DNA of 63,873 nucleotides, filler included, from Trichosphaerium sp. ATCC 40318 (taxonomy: Eukaryota > Protista > Tubulinea): NCBI GenBank assembly GCA_038496445.1. It is 5 parts of 5 records of this genome, joined end to end, with 100 filler letters (N's around TTAATTAATTAA, not from the genome) between each part and the next. Parts side by side here need not be neighbours in the genome. Positions count along the whole stretch, not along the records: positions 35,351 to 49,426 come from JALMLS010000611.1; 4 more parts are not named here. One strand, given 5' to 3'. A model generated the notes under the pieces. The model was not told the DNA's origin, did no database searches, and saw only the letters and a program-made list of their open reading frames with translations. The position numbers and the translations under genes are program-made. Below, piece by piece: positions 35,796 to 49,526 of the stretch; the first letter of the stretch is position 1, and each line of letters begins with the position of its first letter.

Positions 35796-38358
35796 ATGTC
35801 AACGGTTGTTAATCTAGATGCTATGGATGTACCGTGCTTTGCTAGTAGGCTTGCATTGGAAGCAAGTTGGTACAAACAAGATAAGGAGAGGATTATAGAC
35901 AGCAACGCACGTGCGTCAGTTTTTCACTACTTTATAACTTTTTACAACGTGCCAGGCGTAAAAACTGCACTGTTGTCTAGTTTTGTCTATTTTTTTAACA
36001 AACTAACGTATTTTACCTGTATTAGCTTGTTTGGAAACCCACTATCGCATACGCAGGTTTGTGGCTGGGGACACGCTAAATCATTGGAATGCAGAAAACT
36101 TGAACAGTTTGATAACAAAGAAGGGAGAAACAAACTTGCTCTACAAGTACGTGGTTGTTTTGTATAACTTGGCCCTTTGAAAACCTCGATTTTGTATTTT
36201 TAACGTTAACTCACCTTTAGAGAGCTAAAACTTACACAGCACGGTGCATACGGCAAATTGCGCGACCCAGTGGAGATAAAAGAAATATTACGTAACCGTT
36301 TGACAGAAGAGGTACAGGAAGAGCTACGTGGCCATGACGCTGGCACAGCAGTACGTACATAAGTAATATTTCTCATTTCTACACTACATTTTTTTGATTG
36401 CTATTGTTTTTAATTTAATGTTAGGAACAAACCACTCTTAGCGATGCATTGACCATTTTGCAAGACCCCAACCGCGACTGGTTCAAGGTTTTTTTTTGTA
36501 GTTGATTTTTTTGGGAAACGAAGAAGAGAACGATACCGTGATAAACTCCCCACATCAAAAACGATGGCAGCCACCATTAAAAGGATGGTAGAGTCAACAA
36601 AACACATTGATGAATACCCACAGTGGGATGGAGACATGCCTTCAGGCTATGTTGACCCACCTATCATCGAGGGAGGCAGTGACGACAGTTCCAACAGTTC
36701 AGAGGACTATAGTACACCTGATAGCGATGAGAAACATATGATGGCTGATGATCTAGATGTTATTCACAAGCAACGGATTATGCCTGATGGGTCTCGTGAT
36801 ACTCGGCATATGAATGCTTCATTCAATGCTGCTCTTGCACGTTTTAGGCTGAGCAATCCTGACTTTCGTTTCACTATTATCGACAATAACCAACCCCCTC
36901 CTAATCATCGTCATCGTCTTCGTCGTCAGCGTGATGCACATGGTCCACCACATGAACCCAATCCTCAACCAGATGCCGCTGCTAATCCTCCTCATGAACC
37001 CAACCCTCAACCAGATGCCACTGCTAATCCTCCTCATGAGCCCAACCCTCAACCAGATGCCACTGCTAATCCTCCTCATGAACCCAACCCTCAACCAGAT
37101 GCCGCTGCTAATCCTCCTCATGAACCCAACCCTCAACCAGATGCCACTGCTAATCCTCCTCATGAACCCAACCCTCAACCAGATGCCACTACTAATCTTC
37201 CACCACATGAGCCCAACCCTCAACCAGATGCCGCTGCTGATCCTCCACCAACAGATGTCAATTCTCGCCGTGCTGCTGCTGCTGCCGCTGCTGAAGCTCG
37301 TGCCGCTGCTCAAGCCATTGCCGCTGCCGAAGCTCGTGTCGCTGCTGCTGCTGCTGAAGCTCGTGCCGCTGCTCAAGCCATTGCCGCTGCCACCACTAAA
37401 GGTAACAATGCTACCACTCCTACAAATGCACCTGCTCCAACACAAGAAAACCAACAAAAAGAACAAGATGAAGACAGAGCTCAAAATCCAGAACAACATC
37501 GTAGGACAACAAATGTGCCATCTTCACCAGCTGCTACAACAGTTTCACGAGAACCAACCGAGAGATAAATCTTGATACAGATGCTCAGGATAGCGTGCAA
37601 CAACAAGAAGAAGATGTACAATCAGCTGCACATGGTGCAGCTCCTACAACGCCTGATTTAACGGCTTCGCAAGAACCGACCATAGAGATAAATCTTGCTC
37701 AGGGTAACGTGCAACAAGAAGAAGATGTACAATCAGCTGCACACGGAACAGCTCCTACAACGTCAGGTTTGCCTACCACACAAAAACCAACCCAACAGAT
37801 ACAAGCTGAGACACCAGATACTCATCAGAAGGACGTGCAACAGCAACAAGAAGAAGATGTACAATCAGCTGCACATGGAACAGCTGTTACAACGCCTATT
37901 ACTGGGCCTTTGACCAGTGCAATGTTGAGTTTACCAATACAAAAACTAGATGTTGATAAAGCTATGGTACCCTATGTCCATGATGGTCTGGTATCGTTCA
38001 AGGACTCTAAAACCCAACAAAATGTAGAAATGGCAATGGCTATGATGTGTTTTCCCAAAGAGTATTTGCCCATGCTACAGAAACGTACGACAGTTTTTTT
38101 TTTTTTTTTTTTTTGTTGCAGTTGTGTTTGTCCAAATGTGCAAAGTACTCATGTGACATAGTGCAACGCCGCTATTTGGAGCAAGCTGGTGGGGAATTTG
38201 ACCTGGGACAACAATTCTTGCTAACGAGGTCTCTGAAACGTAAACGCACCTCGGAAGAAGACGCAGAGGATTTTATGGACGTTGACAAAGATCCACCCAA
38301 GTCTAGTGAAGAGCCACCGCAAAAGAGGCGAAGAACTTCAAAAAAATCCCAACAATAA
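35796..38358 (+). CDS. Low-complexity, repeat-rich protein (spliced; 1-nt frameshift near 37560), probably nuclear
   Basis: Exons from 35796; long ORFs 36564-37568 and 37595-38090; C-terminal KRKR and KRRR NLS-like motifs. Confidence 0.6.
36945..37250 (+). repeat. Coding minisatellite, 7 x about 42 nt (PPHEPNPQPDA[A/T]AN)
   Basis: Read directly from the ORF. Confidence 0.95.
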
Positions 38359-38622
38359 AATAATGTATTTTCATATTATTTTATTGTTCTTACTTTTTTT
38401 TTCACTTTCAAGTTTTCTGGTAATTCCACAGTAGATCCACGTGAGTTTTCACGGAGTTTCATAGGAAAGGTAATGCCAGTTTGAACTAGCTGTTGTTTGG
38501 GCTTTAGCACAAGCAGTGTTTTTTTTTTTCTTTTTGAGAACTTCTAAGAATTTCTTAGAGCTCACACTGCTCTTTGCCTACCAAACCTTTTAGAACGCGT
38601 GAATCACCCCCACAAGAGCAGC

Positions 38623-40718
38623 ATGTCCCAACCAAAGCCCAAGAAGACACTGGAGTACCAACATATGGCCAAAACGATGGCTGCTCAGCAAAAGCAGGTG
38701 TATGGTACGTTACAATGTGCTTGTAAGCAAGCTTTTAACTTGTAACCTTTAGACAGCATTCAAGTGGTGTTGAATAGAATGAGTGAACAGACGACGATGC
38801 TATTGTCAATACAAAAGGCTAGCAAATCCCATAACGCTGAGATACAGAAGCTAAAAGTCGAACTACAGCAACTGCTTAAACAGTCGGACAAAAACCAAGA
38901 CGAAATTCCTTTGGTACGATTACTTTTTTTTTCAAAATTCTTACTAATCTTGTAACCCATTTTAGCCGTTCAAAAAAGCAGTAATTAAAAGGTATCTTTG
39001 GTACTGTCACTCGTACACGACCATGCTGGATGACGACTGCTTGAAGAAAGAGATAAATGAGCTGGCGCTGTGTAATATGAATAGACCAGTTCGTGTTAAG
39101 GATCTAGCACAACTAGATGCGTTCAGAACTAAGACTGTGTTCCATAAATCGGCAAGAACTATTAACAAGCTGTTACACTATGAGTTCAAAAACAAGAATG
39201 TCAAAGAAGAAGCGTTGCTAGATATGGATTTGTTGGGTACTCTTTTTCTTTGTTTTTTTTTAGGTCAACTGACACACGTTTAGTGCACAAGTGTTGGAAC
39301 ATTGCCCACGCTTTGATATCATCTGACCATGAACCCAAGCAAGACTATGCCGCCATGCAGATCTTTTACAAACATGTACAAAACTGACACTGATTTGAAT
39401 AACCTTGGTATAGAAAATAAGAAAGGAGTTTGGCAAGTGGGCAACTGGAAAAGTAATGGATGAGTCTGTATCTGCCGAGTATTCAAAACTCATAACCGAG
39501 TTTCCAAGATTTGAAAGAATAGCGAATGACCCTAACTACAGGCACCCAGATCTTTTGACTGCTCAGAACAGTGCGGCTGAAGCGGTATCCTAATGCTCTT
39601 TACATTATATGCACCTAACGCTCCATTCTAATAGGCTATATTGCTAGAAGATGGTTCAGGAGTAGTGGTGGACTTGCAGTCGGCGGGGTCGCGCATGGAA
39701 GCTGGTAATAAAGGGTATTCTTTGCCTGGGTTCAATGATCACATTAGCCTCCCGCCAGAACCAGGCGTTGTGAGCCAGGACAGTGTTGTGGAGAGTCCTG
39801 TTGTACTTGCACTACTTTTGAATTCCACACCTAACGCCTTTGTTTTTGTAGTTCAAGTTGTTTGCTAACGAAGAGGTGGAAATTGGCGGGAACAAAGTGA
39901 AGCTGTTGGACTGTTTGCCACTCTTTTGCGAGGATTACATCTTTACCATGGATGCTCTTTTGGCTTTTTTGCACGACGATACACAATACACGCTAGTAGC
40001 TAAAGCACCTATTCTTCAGGGAAACTTTGTACGTTCCATGTGTTAAATGAAGGCGGTGACACTGACACTTTTATGCTGCAGAATGAACACAACTTGGATG
40101 AAGACTGTACCTCAATCTTTGTTGTTCCTCTATGCTACACTAACACCAGTGTTTGTGTTTGTGAACACCCTACTTTGGAAAAGTACGATGCGAATGCACA
40201 GTGGCACTGGTCCATGTTGGTTTTTTATAAAGGCTCCTTTTCTTTTGTGGGTACGTACTGATTAAATGTCTTTGGCTTTGCAATAAACTTATTTTGTTTT
40301 AGCCAGAAAGAACTTGATGGATAATGCGTGTGTAGCTGTGAGGAAGCACTTTACTATAGATGAACAAAAAGACATTCACCAGGTCACATTTTCGGGCAAT
40401 GCATCTCCTGGCGCATCAGCGCTCATACTCCTTAAAGCTGTTTGCTATGATTGGATTAAAACATGTGATACTGACAAGAACGCTATCAGAGTTTCAGGCA
40501 CATACAAACAGCGTAAAGACTTGACTCAGAAAATACATCACCACACTGGCATTGACATCTGCTCCAAGTATCCTCATTGTGCGTTGTTGTTTTGCAATTG
40601 CAAGTGTTTGATGCTGATGCTTATTTTTTTAGTGCAACACAATAAATGGACTGTAGATTATTTGCACGATCAACTGGAGCAACATTCAGATTATTTCATC
40701 TTGCCTGTAAACCCTTGA
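38623..40718 (+). CDS. Multi-exon protein with a coiled-coil N-terminus and a degenerate Ulp1-like C-terminal region
   Basis: IFVVPLC...HWSMLVF resembles the Ulp1 (peptidase C48) His motif; the QxNxxDCG motif is not seen. Confidence 0.45.
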
Positions 40719-40819
40719 ATTGGTTTGTTTCTTAGAAAGTTTTTTGAACGACAGCTTGGAATACGATTTGCAATTGTAGTATTTAGTAATAAATAGAATT
40801 TTTATTTGTGGTTAATTCA

Positions 40820-41152
40820 TACTTATTTTCAGCCTGAATTTTACCTTATTTTCCGCTGAATTCACACTTATTTTTCAGTCTGAATTCTACTTTATTTTCC
40901 AGCTTAAATCTAGCTTGTTTTTGGGCTGAATTCACACTTATTTTTCTGTCTGAATTCTACCTTATTTTCCAACTTAAATCTAGCTTGTTTTTGGGCTGAA
41001 TTCACGCTTATTTTTAAATATGAATTCTACCTTGGTTTTCAGTCTGAATTCTACCTTATTTTCCAGCTTAAATCTAGCTTGTTTTTGGGGCTGAATTCAC
41101 GCTTATTTTCAATATGAATTCTACCTTGGTATTCATCTGGAATTCTACCTTA
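40820..41152. repeat. Array of about 20-21 nt units, TGAATTC(A/T)-(C)ACCTTATTTT, with higher-order repetition
   Basis: About 15 units, interleaved with AGCTTAAATCTAGCTTGTTTTTGGG. Confidence 0.85.
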
Positions 41153-41730
41153 CTATTTGACATTAATTTTGAACTAATTTTGTTTATTTACATATGGAAA
41201 TCATGTCTAAAAGGCTAGTACTTTTCAACTACAAAACAATGAATAATAAGTCTACCAAATCATATGGAATTCCTTAAAAATCCATATTTGAAATTGGTAC
41301 TGATGGATACTGAATAAATGCGAAATCCCACTGTGTTCAGTTTACTCCAACGTTAGCATATTTTAAGTACCTCAAAATTTACTACAAGCGTACAGTGCGT
41401 TAAAATAGCGTCAAAACGTGATAAATTACCACAACACGACCCGTAATGGTAAACACAATGGAGGTGCTGTTGGCTCTCATTCTCTAAGATATGTTCTAAA
41501 TATAAAGCCTTGTTACTGTCAATGTTGGCACCCAACTCACCTCATTTTTACCTTGATATGTTTAACGCCCTCATATAGGAGTGTACAACCCTTGGTACGA
41601 CCTTCAGGCAACCTGTCTGCTTTGTATTCACAACTACGATGTATTTACTAACAGCGTGGAAAAAAATTGACCAATCTATAACGCTTTTGGAAAGCGGTCT
41701 AACTTTAATTCTAGCCAAATTAACTCGAAT

Positions 41731-44391
41731 ATGGTTTGTACACTGGGTGTCTATTTAACAATATCAGCTTCATTAATATGGATAACTGGTAAATATAGCA
41801 ATAGGTGTAGTTAATTTAGTGATTAATTTTTTTTGTTAGTGTTCGCACGTGGGGCGCTAGAAGATGAATTTTTTGACTCTAATTGGGTGATGGAAACTAA
41901 ACACACAATGAGAGAAAATGGAACGACGGAAATAGGATCAATACGAACAGCAGACGCTACTTATGTCATCTTTGTGTCACGTGCTAGTAAGCGATACTTC
42001 TAATTCAATTTTTGATTTTTAATTTTTTTTCTTTTTCTGTAGAGTGTTTCGATAATCTAGAATTCTAAATATCGCCAATACAGTTCAAATCGTTCAAATT
42101 CTCTAAATTTATTTCCGCTACAATCAGAAACGCCTTTATTTTAATTATGCTCAAAAACAGTACTTGCAAGCGCCGGGTAAAGTAAAGAATTTGAACGATA
42201 TTGCTGTACATGAGATTCTAGAATTCTAGATTATCTAGATATTTGAAAATAAGGCGCCCTTCATATGGCATAATATACCGCACTATACCATACGAAAGTG
42301 ACTTTAATTATCTTGTGAATTATCTAGTTTATCGGAGATATTTAACCATCTCCGTAGCAAATAATCTAACATTGGATGTCGGAGTCAGTATAGCGGTAAC
42401 CACCATACAAGGTAATGGTTCAATCATCACTTTTAATTGGTACTAACATTTTGAAAAGATTGGCGTGCTGGAAGTCGAACTTTTGAACCATTATTTGTAG
42501 CGAATGCTTCACATGTGAAAGTCCCAACTTTATCAAATTTAGTACACCAACCTGAATTTGTTTCGGTGTACAAAAATATAGACGGAAGTTTGCAAGTATT
42601 GTTTTTACGTTTGGACATAAGTACAAAGGTAGGCGAGAAGAATACGGAAACCAACCTTACCTTTTTTGTGAAAGACAATTGAAGTTACCAACGACACTCT
42701 ATTTCAAGAAGAAATGGCTAGCTTGTTAGACGCTTCAAGAAACTCAATTGTAGAATGTGCGACATACACATTCATTGCTAGCGCTAACTCCTCTTTTTAG
42801 ATAAAGTGAACAAATACTTGCTTCATTGTTTTGTAAAGTTAGGACCTTCTTACACTTACATTCTTGAAAATGGATTGGACCCTGTGTTGATTGGATGTGC
42901 GAAATCCTAGTTTAGCTTTACTGTTGTACCTTTTGACATGTTTTGCTTTTAGTTGATAATACAAGTATTGTTGATAGTTCACTTGTATTCGTTAATCAAA
43001 GCTGTTTTGTGGTTGCATCACTCCGCAATCTGCATAGAAATGTGAAATTCACATACTGGAATAACTCTCTTCCTGTACAGTTTATTATACAACCTCTCTT
43101 ATTCACACTTGTTTTAGGTGGTTGAACATGATTCAATAGCTGTTTTAGAATCAGTACAGAGAGTATATTTGAGATACAACTTGGATCAAAATGTTCTTCA
43201 TTTGCAAGTGGATGATTCGAATTACACTTACTCAGCCATAATCACAGCTACATGTGGATCAATAATGTTAGTGCAGTCTGATTTTTTCGAAAGCGCTCCT
43301 GAATTATCTACCATAAGCGTTGGATCTTCTACAACCTCTCCATTTGTCTTTCTGTATTTCTACCCAAATACAACACAAAATATTAAGTATTCATCAAATG
43401 TTACCTTAGTACGTTAGTCTTGCCTTATCAGTTCCCACTAATGTTCTTAAAGGAAACAGTCATTGAGAAACAGTTATCGATGAACTTGCTTAAATATGCT
43501 ATTAGTGGTATTATTGACAAACATAGTTGTGTTCTGTTTGTACGTTTTCTATGAATGCAAAGAATTTGTAACAATTGATAAATAGATATTGGCGTCAGCA
43601 GAGAATATGCAATACAATGCCTTCATTAAACCTCAGGATCGTCTATTCGATTGTATACGTGAGTATCTATTCCATAACTTATCGTTTATTGTTGTTATAG
43701 CCATTACTCCAGCACCTACAAGCCCAAGAATTGTAAACAACACCTTAGAGTGTACGAATAGCACTTGCCTACAGTGCCTTTTGGCAGAGTGTATATACAA
43801 TGGGAGTATTTTGATACCTAACACTGTTGCTATACGCATAACTGAGCCTACAGTGATTGAAGGTGATTTCACAAACAATGGCGATGTGATTCTAGTGGTT
43901 GACGATGAAACTACTACACTTTCTGTGAAAGGTAATGATATCATCTACAACGTAGAGTTATTGTATTAATTATAACTTTAGGATGCTTGGTGATATTGTC
44001 TAATAGTTCATTTATTGTTGACATATCCGGTGTTGACACATCATCTGAGCAAGTAATCAATGTTATTTCATCACCTTGTATAAATGGTGATGTTCAAGTA
44101 GTAGCCAGCGATTGTGTTGGTTATGAACAGCAACGCTCTCCTACAGGTCTTGATTTGTTAATTGTCACGAGCAAATGTTCTGGTGATACTACCATACCAA
44201 TAGTACTTGGTGTAACTGGTGGTTTCTTGTTTGTAAGATCCACTTGGTTTCTTTTGCATTTACTTATTTTCTACTAGATTTTTGTAGCATTCATGATATC
44301 TGTATTTGTCATCAAACCTCTCAGAACAGCTATAGTACCTTGGTCATTGAGAACTAGACAAAAAGAAGCGAAAATAACACCAATGAACTAA
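41731..44391 (+). CDS. Multi-exon type I membrane protein, tandem copy 1
   Basis: Signal peptide MVCTLGVYLTISASLIWITVFA; many short introns; C-terminal TM IPIVLGVTGG..FVAFMISVFVIKPLR. Confidence 0.75.
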
Positions 44392-45049
44392 AGAATGCCA
44401 TTACCATTTCACCACGAAAGAAAAACTTACAAGGGTAAAAACTAAATAAAGGAACGGGGTCACCGTTGGCTATATTTTACTCTAAGATTTATGTTTATTT
44501 CGCCACAAAGATATACCAGAGCGTACCTTAAAGTGCCATCCTTAAAATAGCGTCAACACGTGATAAATTACCCGAAACAACACGAAACAACACGACCCTC
44601 CAAAGAACGATAAAATAATGGTAAACACAGTGGAGGTGCTGTTGGTAGTCTCAATATTGCTATTCCCATGTATGTTATTACGTTAGATGAGTTTTTCGAT
44701 TCTAGTGAAATACTTGAAACACCAGACTTAAGCGTTACTTCTGCACCAGTTATGGGCGCTTTGGAAACACACAATACAACGTATTATATTTTCGCTGCTT
44801 AAGAATTCACCGGTGAGTGATTAGCTATATTAGACGACGTAAGTCTAATACAAAAACAATACTTAACATAAGTACAGGTTCCATAGATGTAGGTAGAATA
44901 GGTTCAGCGTTCACAGTACTTAGTTCTACGTGTTTTTTACATGCATCAATAAATGAGATTGGCTCTCATTCTCATATAAGATATGTTATAAATATAAAGC
45001 CTTACTGCCAGTGTTGGCACCCAATTCACCTACGCTGTATTTACCAGTT

Positions 45050-45965
45050 TTCAAATGTTGAAGTTAAGGATATTTATCCAGGAGAATCTCATTGACAGCT
45101 ATAAGTTTCTCTGCATGCAGAGTTGGTTCTAATGAGTTAAAGTAAATGATGTGTAGGAAATAGTGGTATGGCTACTGCGATAGGTGTAAATTTGGTAGTG
45201 CGGCCATTGGCAATGCTGCGTTTTTGCTGAGAACTGCCAGAGATCAAAAAGTCAGCATCCAATCATATTAGCATACTATTGGTTGGTCAGTCGGCTAAAG
45301 CTAGAGTCTGCTCCTACTGCAACAGAGTGGTGATACATAGGTCATTCAGGAAGTGCGTGTTCACAGTGTGTTGTTTTCCCGACTACGAGGTTCCGAACAG
45401 AAGGTTCACAGTTGCCAATCTCCCAGAGTTGACAGAGATTGTTCACAGCCTGCTTTACCCTGATGCCTGTGAAAAATACAAAATGGCGTATTCTGAAATG
45501 TACTTTCAACTAGCCAATGAACATTTCAGCTTCAAGCAAATGACAACACAACTTAATAAATAATTTTGGTATTCAAAAATGGCTTGTTTTTGTTCAGTCT
45601 ACTTTGCTACAGGTTAAAACTCGTGTCTAGTGCGACTCAGTGCACCGTTGTACTCATACAGCATTATGTTCACAGTGGTGAGTCAACTTTAGTTCAGTCA
45701 TATGCCTGAGTTGGGTTAAAATCAACACTGAGTCATCAGTCAACAGATGTATTAGTTTATTTTCACTTTCAATCTACAGCACTTGACAACACTGACTTTG
45801 AGACTCATTGTGGTTGATGTCATGTACATGTTGAGTCAGGTGAGTCTGGTTTTGTCAGGGTTAAAAACAGACCTGAGTGGGACTCACCCTTTATGATGGT
45901 GCTCATATGTCACCAAATAATTTCGGCTGACGGCTGACTTGACTTCAGTCGTTTAACACTATACC
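45050..45965 (+). mobile_element. Inserted fragment: Cys-containing ORF end plus a TGAGTC/GACTCA-rich tract; possible DNA-transposon end
   Basis: Absent from the equivalent position upstream of paralog copy 1; ORF 45279-45563; repeated motifs 45610-45950. Confidence 0.45.
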
Positions 45966-46059
45966 AAGTAGGCTCCGTTTTTAATAACTGAGCCATCAGT
46001 GGCAATGACTTAAAAAGGCATTGGTTTTATTAATTATATTGGTTGCAGAAATGGATTGA

Positions 46060-46800
46060 TATATGGTTATTATTTGGTTTCGAGTGGTTGAAGACGCTAC
46101 GGTTAGCAAGAAAAAGCTGGTTTTTGAAGATATGCAAGGGAGTCAAGGCCTAGACCAGTGCTTTTTTTTCTGAAACGTCTCTCAGGTTGGATTTTCCAAG
46201 GTATTTTGGCGTCTGCTCTGAGTAAGTCGGCTCCATTGCATCGCACTCTTTTGAGGATTGTTGGGTCTACTACTGTAGCGTTGGTCACAAAGGTAATACC
46301 TAGGTTAATGACTATTTATGATTGTGGCTTTTCGATAAACATTAAATTTTCTGAAGCGGATAAGGCGAGACCAGCTGCATGTCTTCTAGAGATTTCTTTG
46401 TTTTGTTTAGTGTTGTTGAGATTGAGGTTAATATGTATGCCTAGGTCTTTGTAGCGAGGAAGGAGACATGGTTATCACCTACTTTAGGAGGTGGGTATAG
46501 GTGGGTTGGAGCGGATCTGTTAATGTGATTTCTTGGCGTTAATTTTCATCCCATAAAAGGAGCACCATCATTTCTTCATATGATTCTGCAATGATTTTTA
46601 TATCATCATACGCTATTATAGGTACTCAGATGTTGGTGAAAGGATTTTGTAGCCACAGTTCATATTTTCAAGTTCTTTGATTAATATATTTGCAAAGGTG
46701 GAAAGTATTGGGCTGAGGCCATCGCCTTGTTTGACGCCTTTCTCAGTGTTAATGGAATTTTGCCAACTATGATGTGGCGGTAAGACCTTTGTGCCACATT
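46060..46800 (-). pseudogene. Degenerate non-LTR retrotransposon reverse transcriptase
   Basis: KGVKQGDGLSPILS, PIIAYDDIKII, YGMKINAKKS, YKDLGIHI, with frameshifts. Confidence 0.9.
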
Positions 46801-46908
46801 GCTGTTACGTTCTTTTTAGAAACCGTATTTGCTGTGGAATAGTATTGACCAATCAAATACGCTTTTGGACAGCGAAGTAATTTAATTTGTATCCACGTTA
46901 ACTCGAAT

Positions 46909-49426
46909 ATGGTTTGTACACTGGGTGCCTATTTAACAATATCAGCGTCATTAATATGGATAACAGGTAAATATAGCAACAGGTGTAGTTAATTTAGTGA
47001 TTTATTTTTTTTTGGTAGTGTTCGCACGTGGGGCGCTAGAAGATGAATTTTTTGACTCCAATTGGGTGATGGAAACTAAACACATAATGAGAGAAAATGG
47101 AACGACGGAAATAGGATCAATACGAACAGCAGACGCTACTTATGTCATCTTTGTGTCACGTGCTAGTAAGCGACACTAATTCAATTTGATTTTTTTCTTT
47201 TTCTGAGTGTTTCGATACTCTACAATTCTAGATATCGCATATACGCTTCAAATCGTCCAAATTCTCTAAATTTGTTTCCTCCAACAAAATTTGAACGATA
47301 TTGCTGTACCTGAGATATCTAGAATTCTAGATTATCTAGATATTTGAAAATAAGGTGCCTTTCATATGGCATAATATACCGCGCTGTACCATATGAACGT
47401 GGTTTTGAAACGTGACTTTAATTATCTTGAATTATCTAGTTTATCGGAGATATTTAACCATCTCCGTAGCAAATAATCTAACGTTGGATGTCGGAGTCAG
47501 TATAGCAGTAACCACCATACAAGGTAATGGTTCAATCATCACTTTTAATTGGTACTAACGTTTTGAAAAGATTGGCGTGCTGGAAGTCGAACTTTTGAAC
47601 CATTATTTGTAGCGAATGCTTCACATGTGAAAGTCCCAACTTTATCAAATTTAGTACACCAACCTGAATTCGTTTCGGTGTACAAAAGTATAGACGGAAG
47701 TTTGCGAGTATTGTTTTTACGTTTGGACATAAGTACAAAGGTAGGCGAGAAGACTACGGAAACCAACCTTACCTTTTTTTTGTGAAAAAGACAATTGAAG
47801 TTACCAACGACACTCTATTTCAAGAAGAAATGGCTAACTCGTTAGACGCTTCAAGAAACTCAATTGTAGAATGTGCGACATACACATTCATTGTTAGCGC
47901 TAACTCCTCTTTTTAGATAAAGTGAACAAATACTTGCTTCATTGTATTGTACAGTTAGGACCTTCTTACACTTACATTCTTGAAAATGGATTGGACCCTG
48001 TATTAATTGGATGTGCGATTCATTGTTGTTACTTTAATATATCACTGACACATTTTTTAAAGTTGATAATACAAGTATTGTTGATAGTTCACTTGTATTC
48101 GTTAATCAAAGCTGTTTTGTGGTTGCATCAGTTCGCCAAGGAACTCTGAAATTCACATACTGGAATAACTCCCTTCCTGTACAGTTTATAATATTGGCGC
48201 CACTTATTCATACATATTTTAGGCAGTTGAACAAGATTCAATACGGCTCTCACAGGTAGCACAGAGAGTATATTTGAGATACAACTTGGATCAAAATGTT
48301 CTTCATTTGCGAGTGGATGATTTGAAGTACACTTACTCAGTCATAATCACGTCTACATGTGGATCAGCAACGTTTGTGCAGTCAGATATTTTCGACAGGG
48401 TTCCTGAATTATCTGCCATAAGCGTTGGATCTTCTACAATCTCTCCATTTGTCTTTCTGTATTTCTACCCAAATATGACACAAAATATTAAGTACTCATC
48501 AAATGTTACCTTGGTATGTCAGTCTTACCCTATCAGATCCCACTAATGATCTTCAAGGAATCAGTCATTGAGAAACAGTTATCGATGAACTTGCCTAAAT
48601 ATGCTATTAGTGGTATTATTGACAAACATAGTTGTGTTCTGTTTGTACGTTTTCAATGAGGGCAAAGCATTTGTAACAATTGATAAATAGATATTGGCGT
48701 CAGCAGAGAATATGCAATACAATGCCTTCATTAAACCTCAGGATCGTCTATTCGATTGTATACGTGAGTATCTATTCCATAACTTAGCTACCCTTATTCA
48801 TGTTCTAGCAATTACTCCAGCACCTACGAGCTCAAGAATTGTAAACAACACCTTAGAGTGTATGAATAGCACTTGCCTTCAGTGCCTTTTGGCAGAGTGT
48901 ACATACAATGGAAGTATCTATATACCTAACACTGTTGCTGTACGTATAACTGAGCCTACAGTGATTGAAGGTGATTTCACAAACAATGGCGATGTGATTC
49001 TAGTGGTTGACGATGAAACTACTACACTTTCTGTGAAAGGTAATGATATCATCTACAACGTAGAGTTAGTGTATTGACTATAACTTTAGGATGCTTGGTG
49101 ATATTGTCTAATAGTTCATTTATTGTTGACATATCCGGTGTTGACACATCATCTGAGCAAGTAATCAATGTTATTTCATCACCTTGTATAAATGGCGATG
49201 TTCAAGTAGTAGCCAGCGATTGTGTTGGTTATGAACAGCAACGCTCTACCGCAGGTCTTGATTTAATTGTCACAAATGAATGTTCTGGTGATACTACCAT
49301 ACCAATAGTACTTGGTGTAACTGGTGGTTTCTTGTTTGTAAGATCCACTTTGTTTCTTTGCATTTACTCATTTTCAACTAGATTTTTGTAGCATTCATGA
49401 TATCTGTATTTGTCATCAAACCTCTC
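46909..49426 (+). CDS. Tandem copy 2 of the membrane-protein gene (runs into the gap)
   Basis: Colinear and highly similar to 41731-44325, with indels. Confidence 0.75.
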
Positions 49427-49526
49427 NNNNNNNNNNNNNNNNNNNNNNNNNNNNNNNNNNNNNNNNNNNNTTAATTAATTAANNNNNNNNNNNNNNNNNN
49501 NNNNNNNNNNNNNNNNNNNNNNNNNN
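49427..49526. other. Artificial contig linker
   Basis: N44-TTAATTAATTAA-N44. Confidence 0.98.

Noticed and set aside
41329-41335. RAG/Transib recombination-signal heptamer
   Set aside because: A single 7-mer with no nonamer, partner end or transposase; kept only as a possible element terminus
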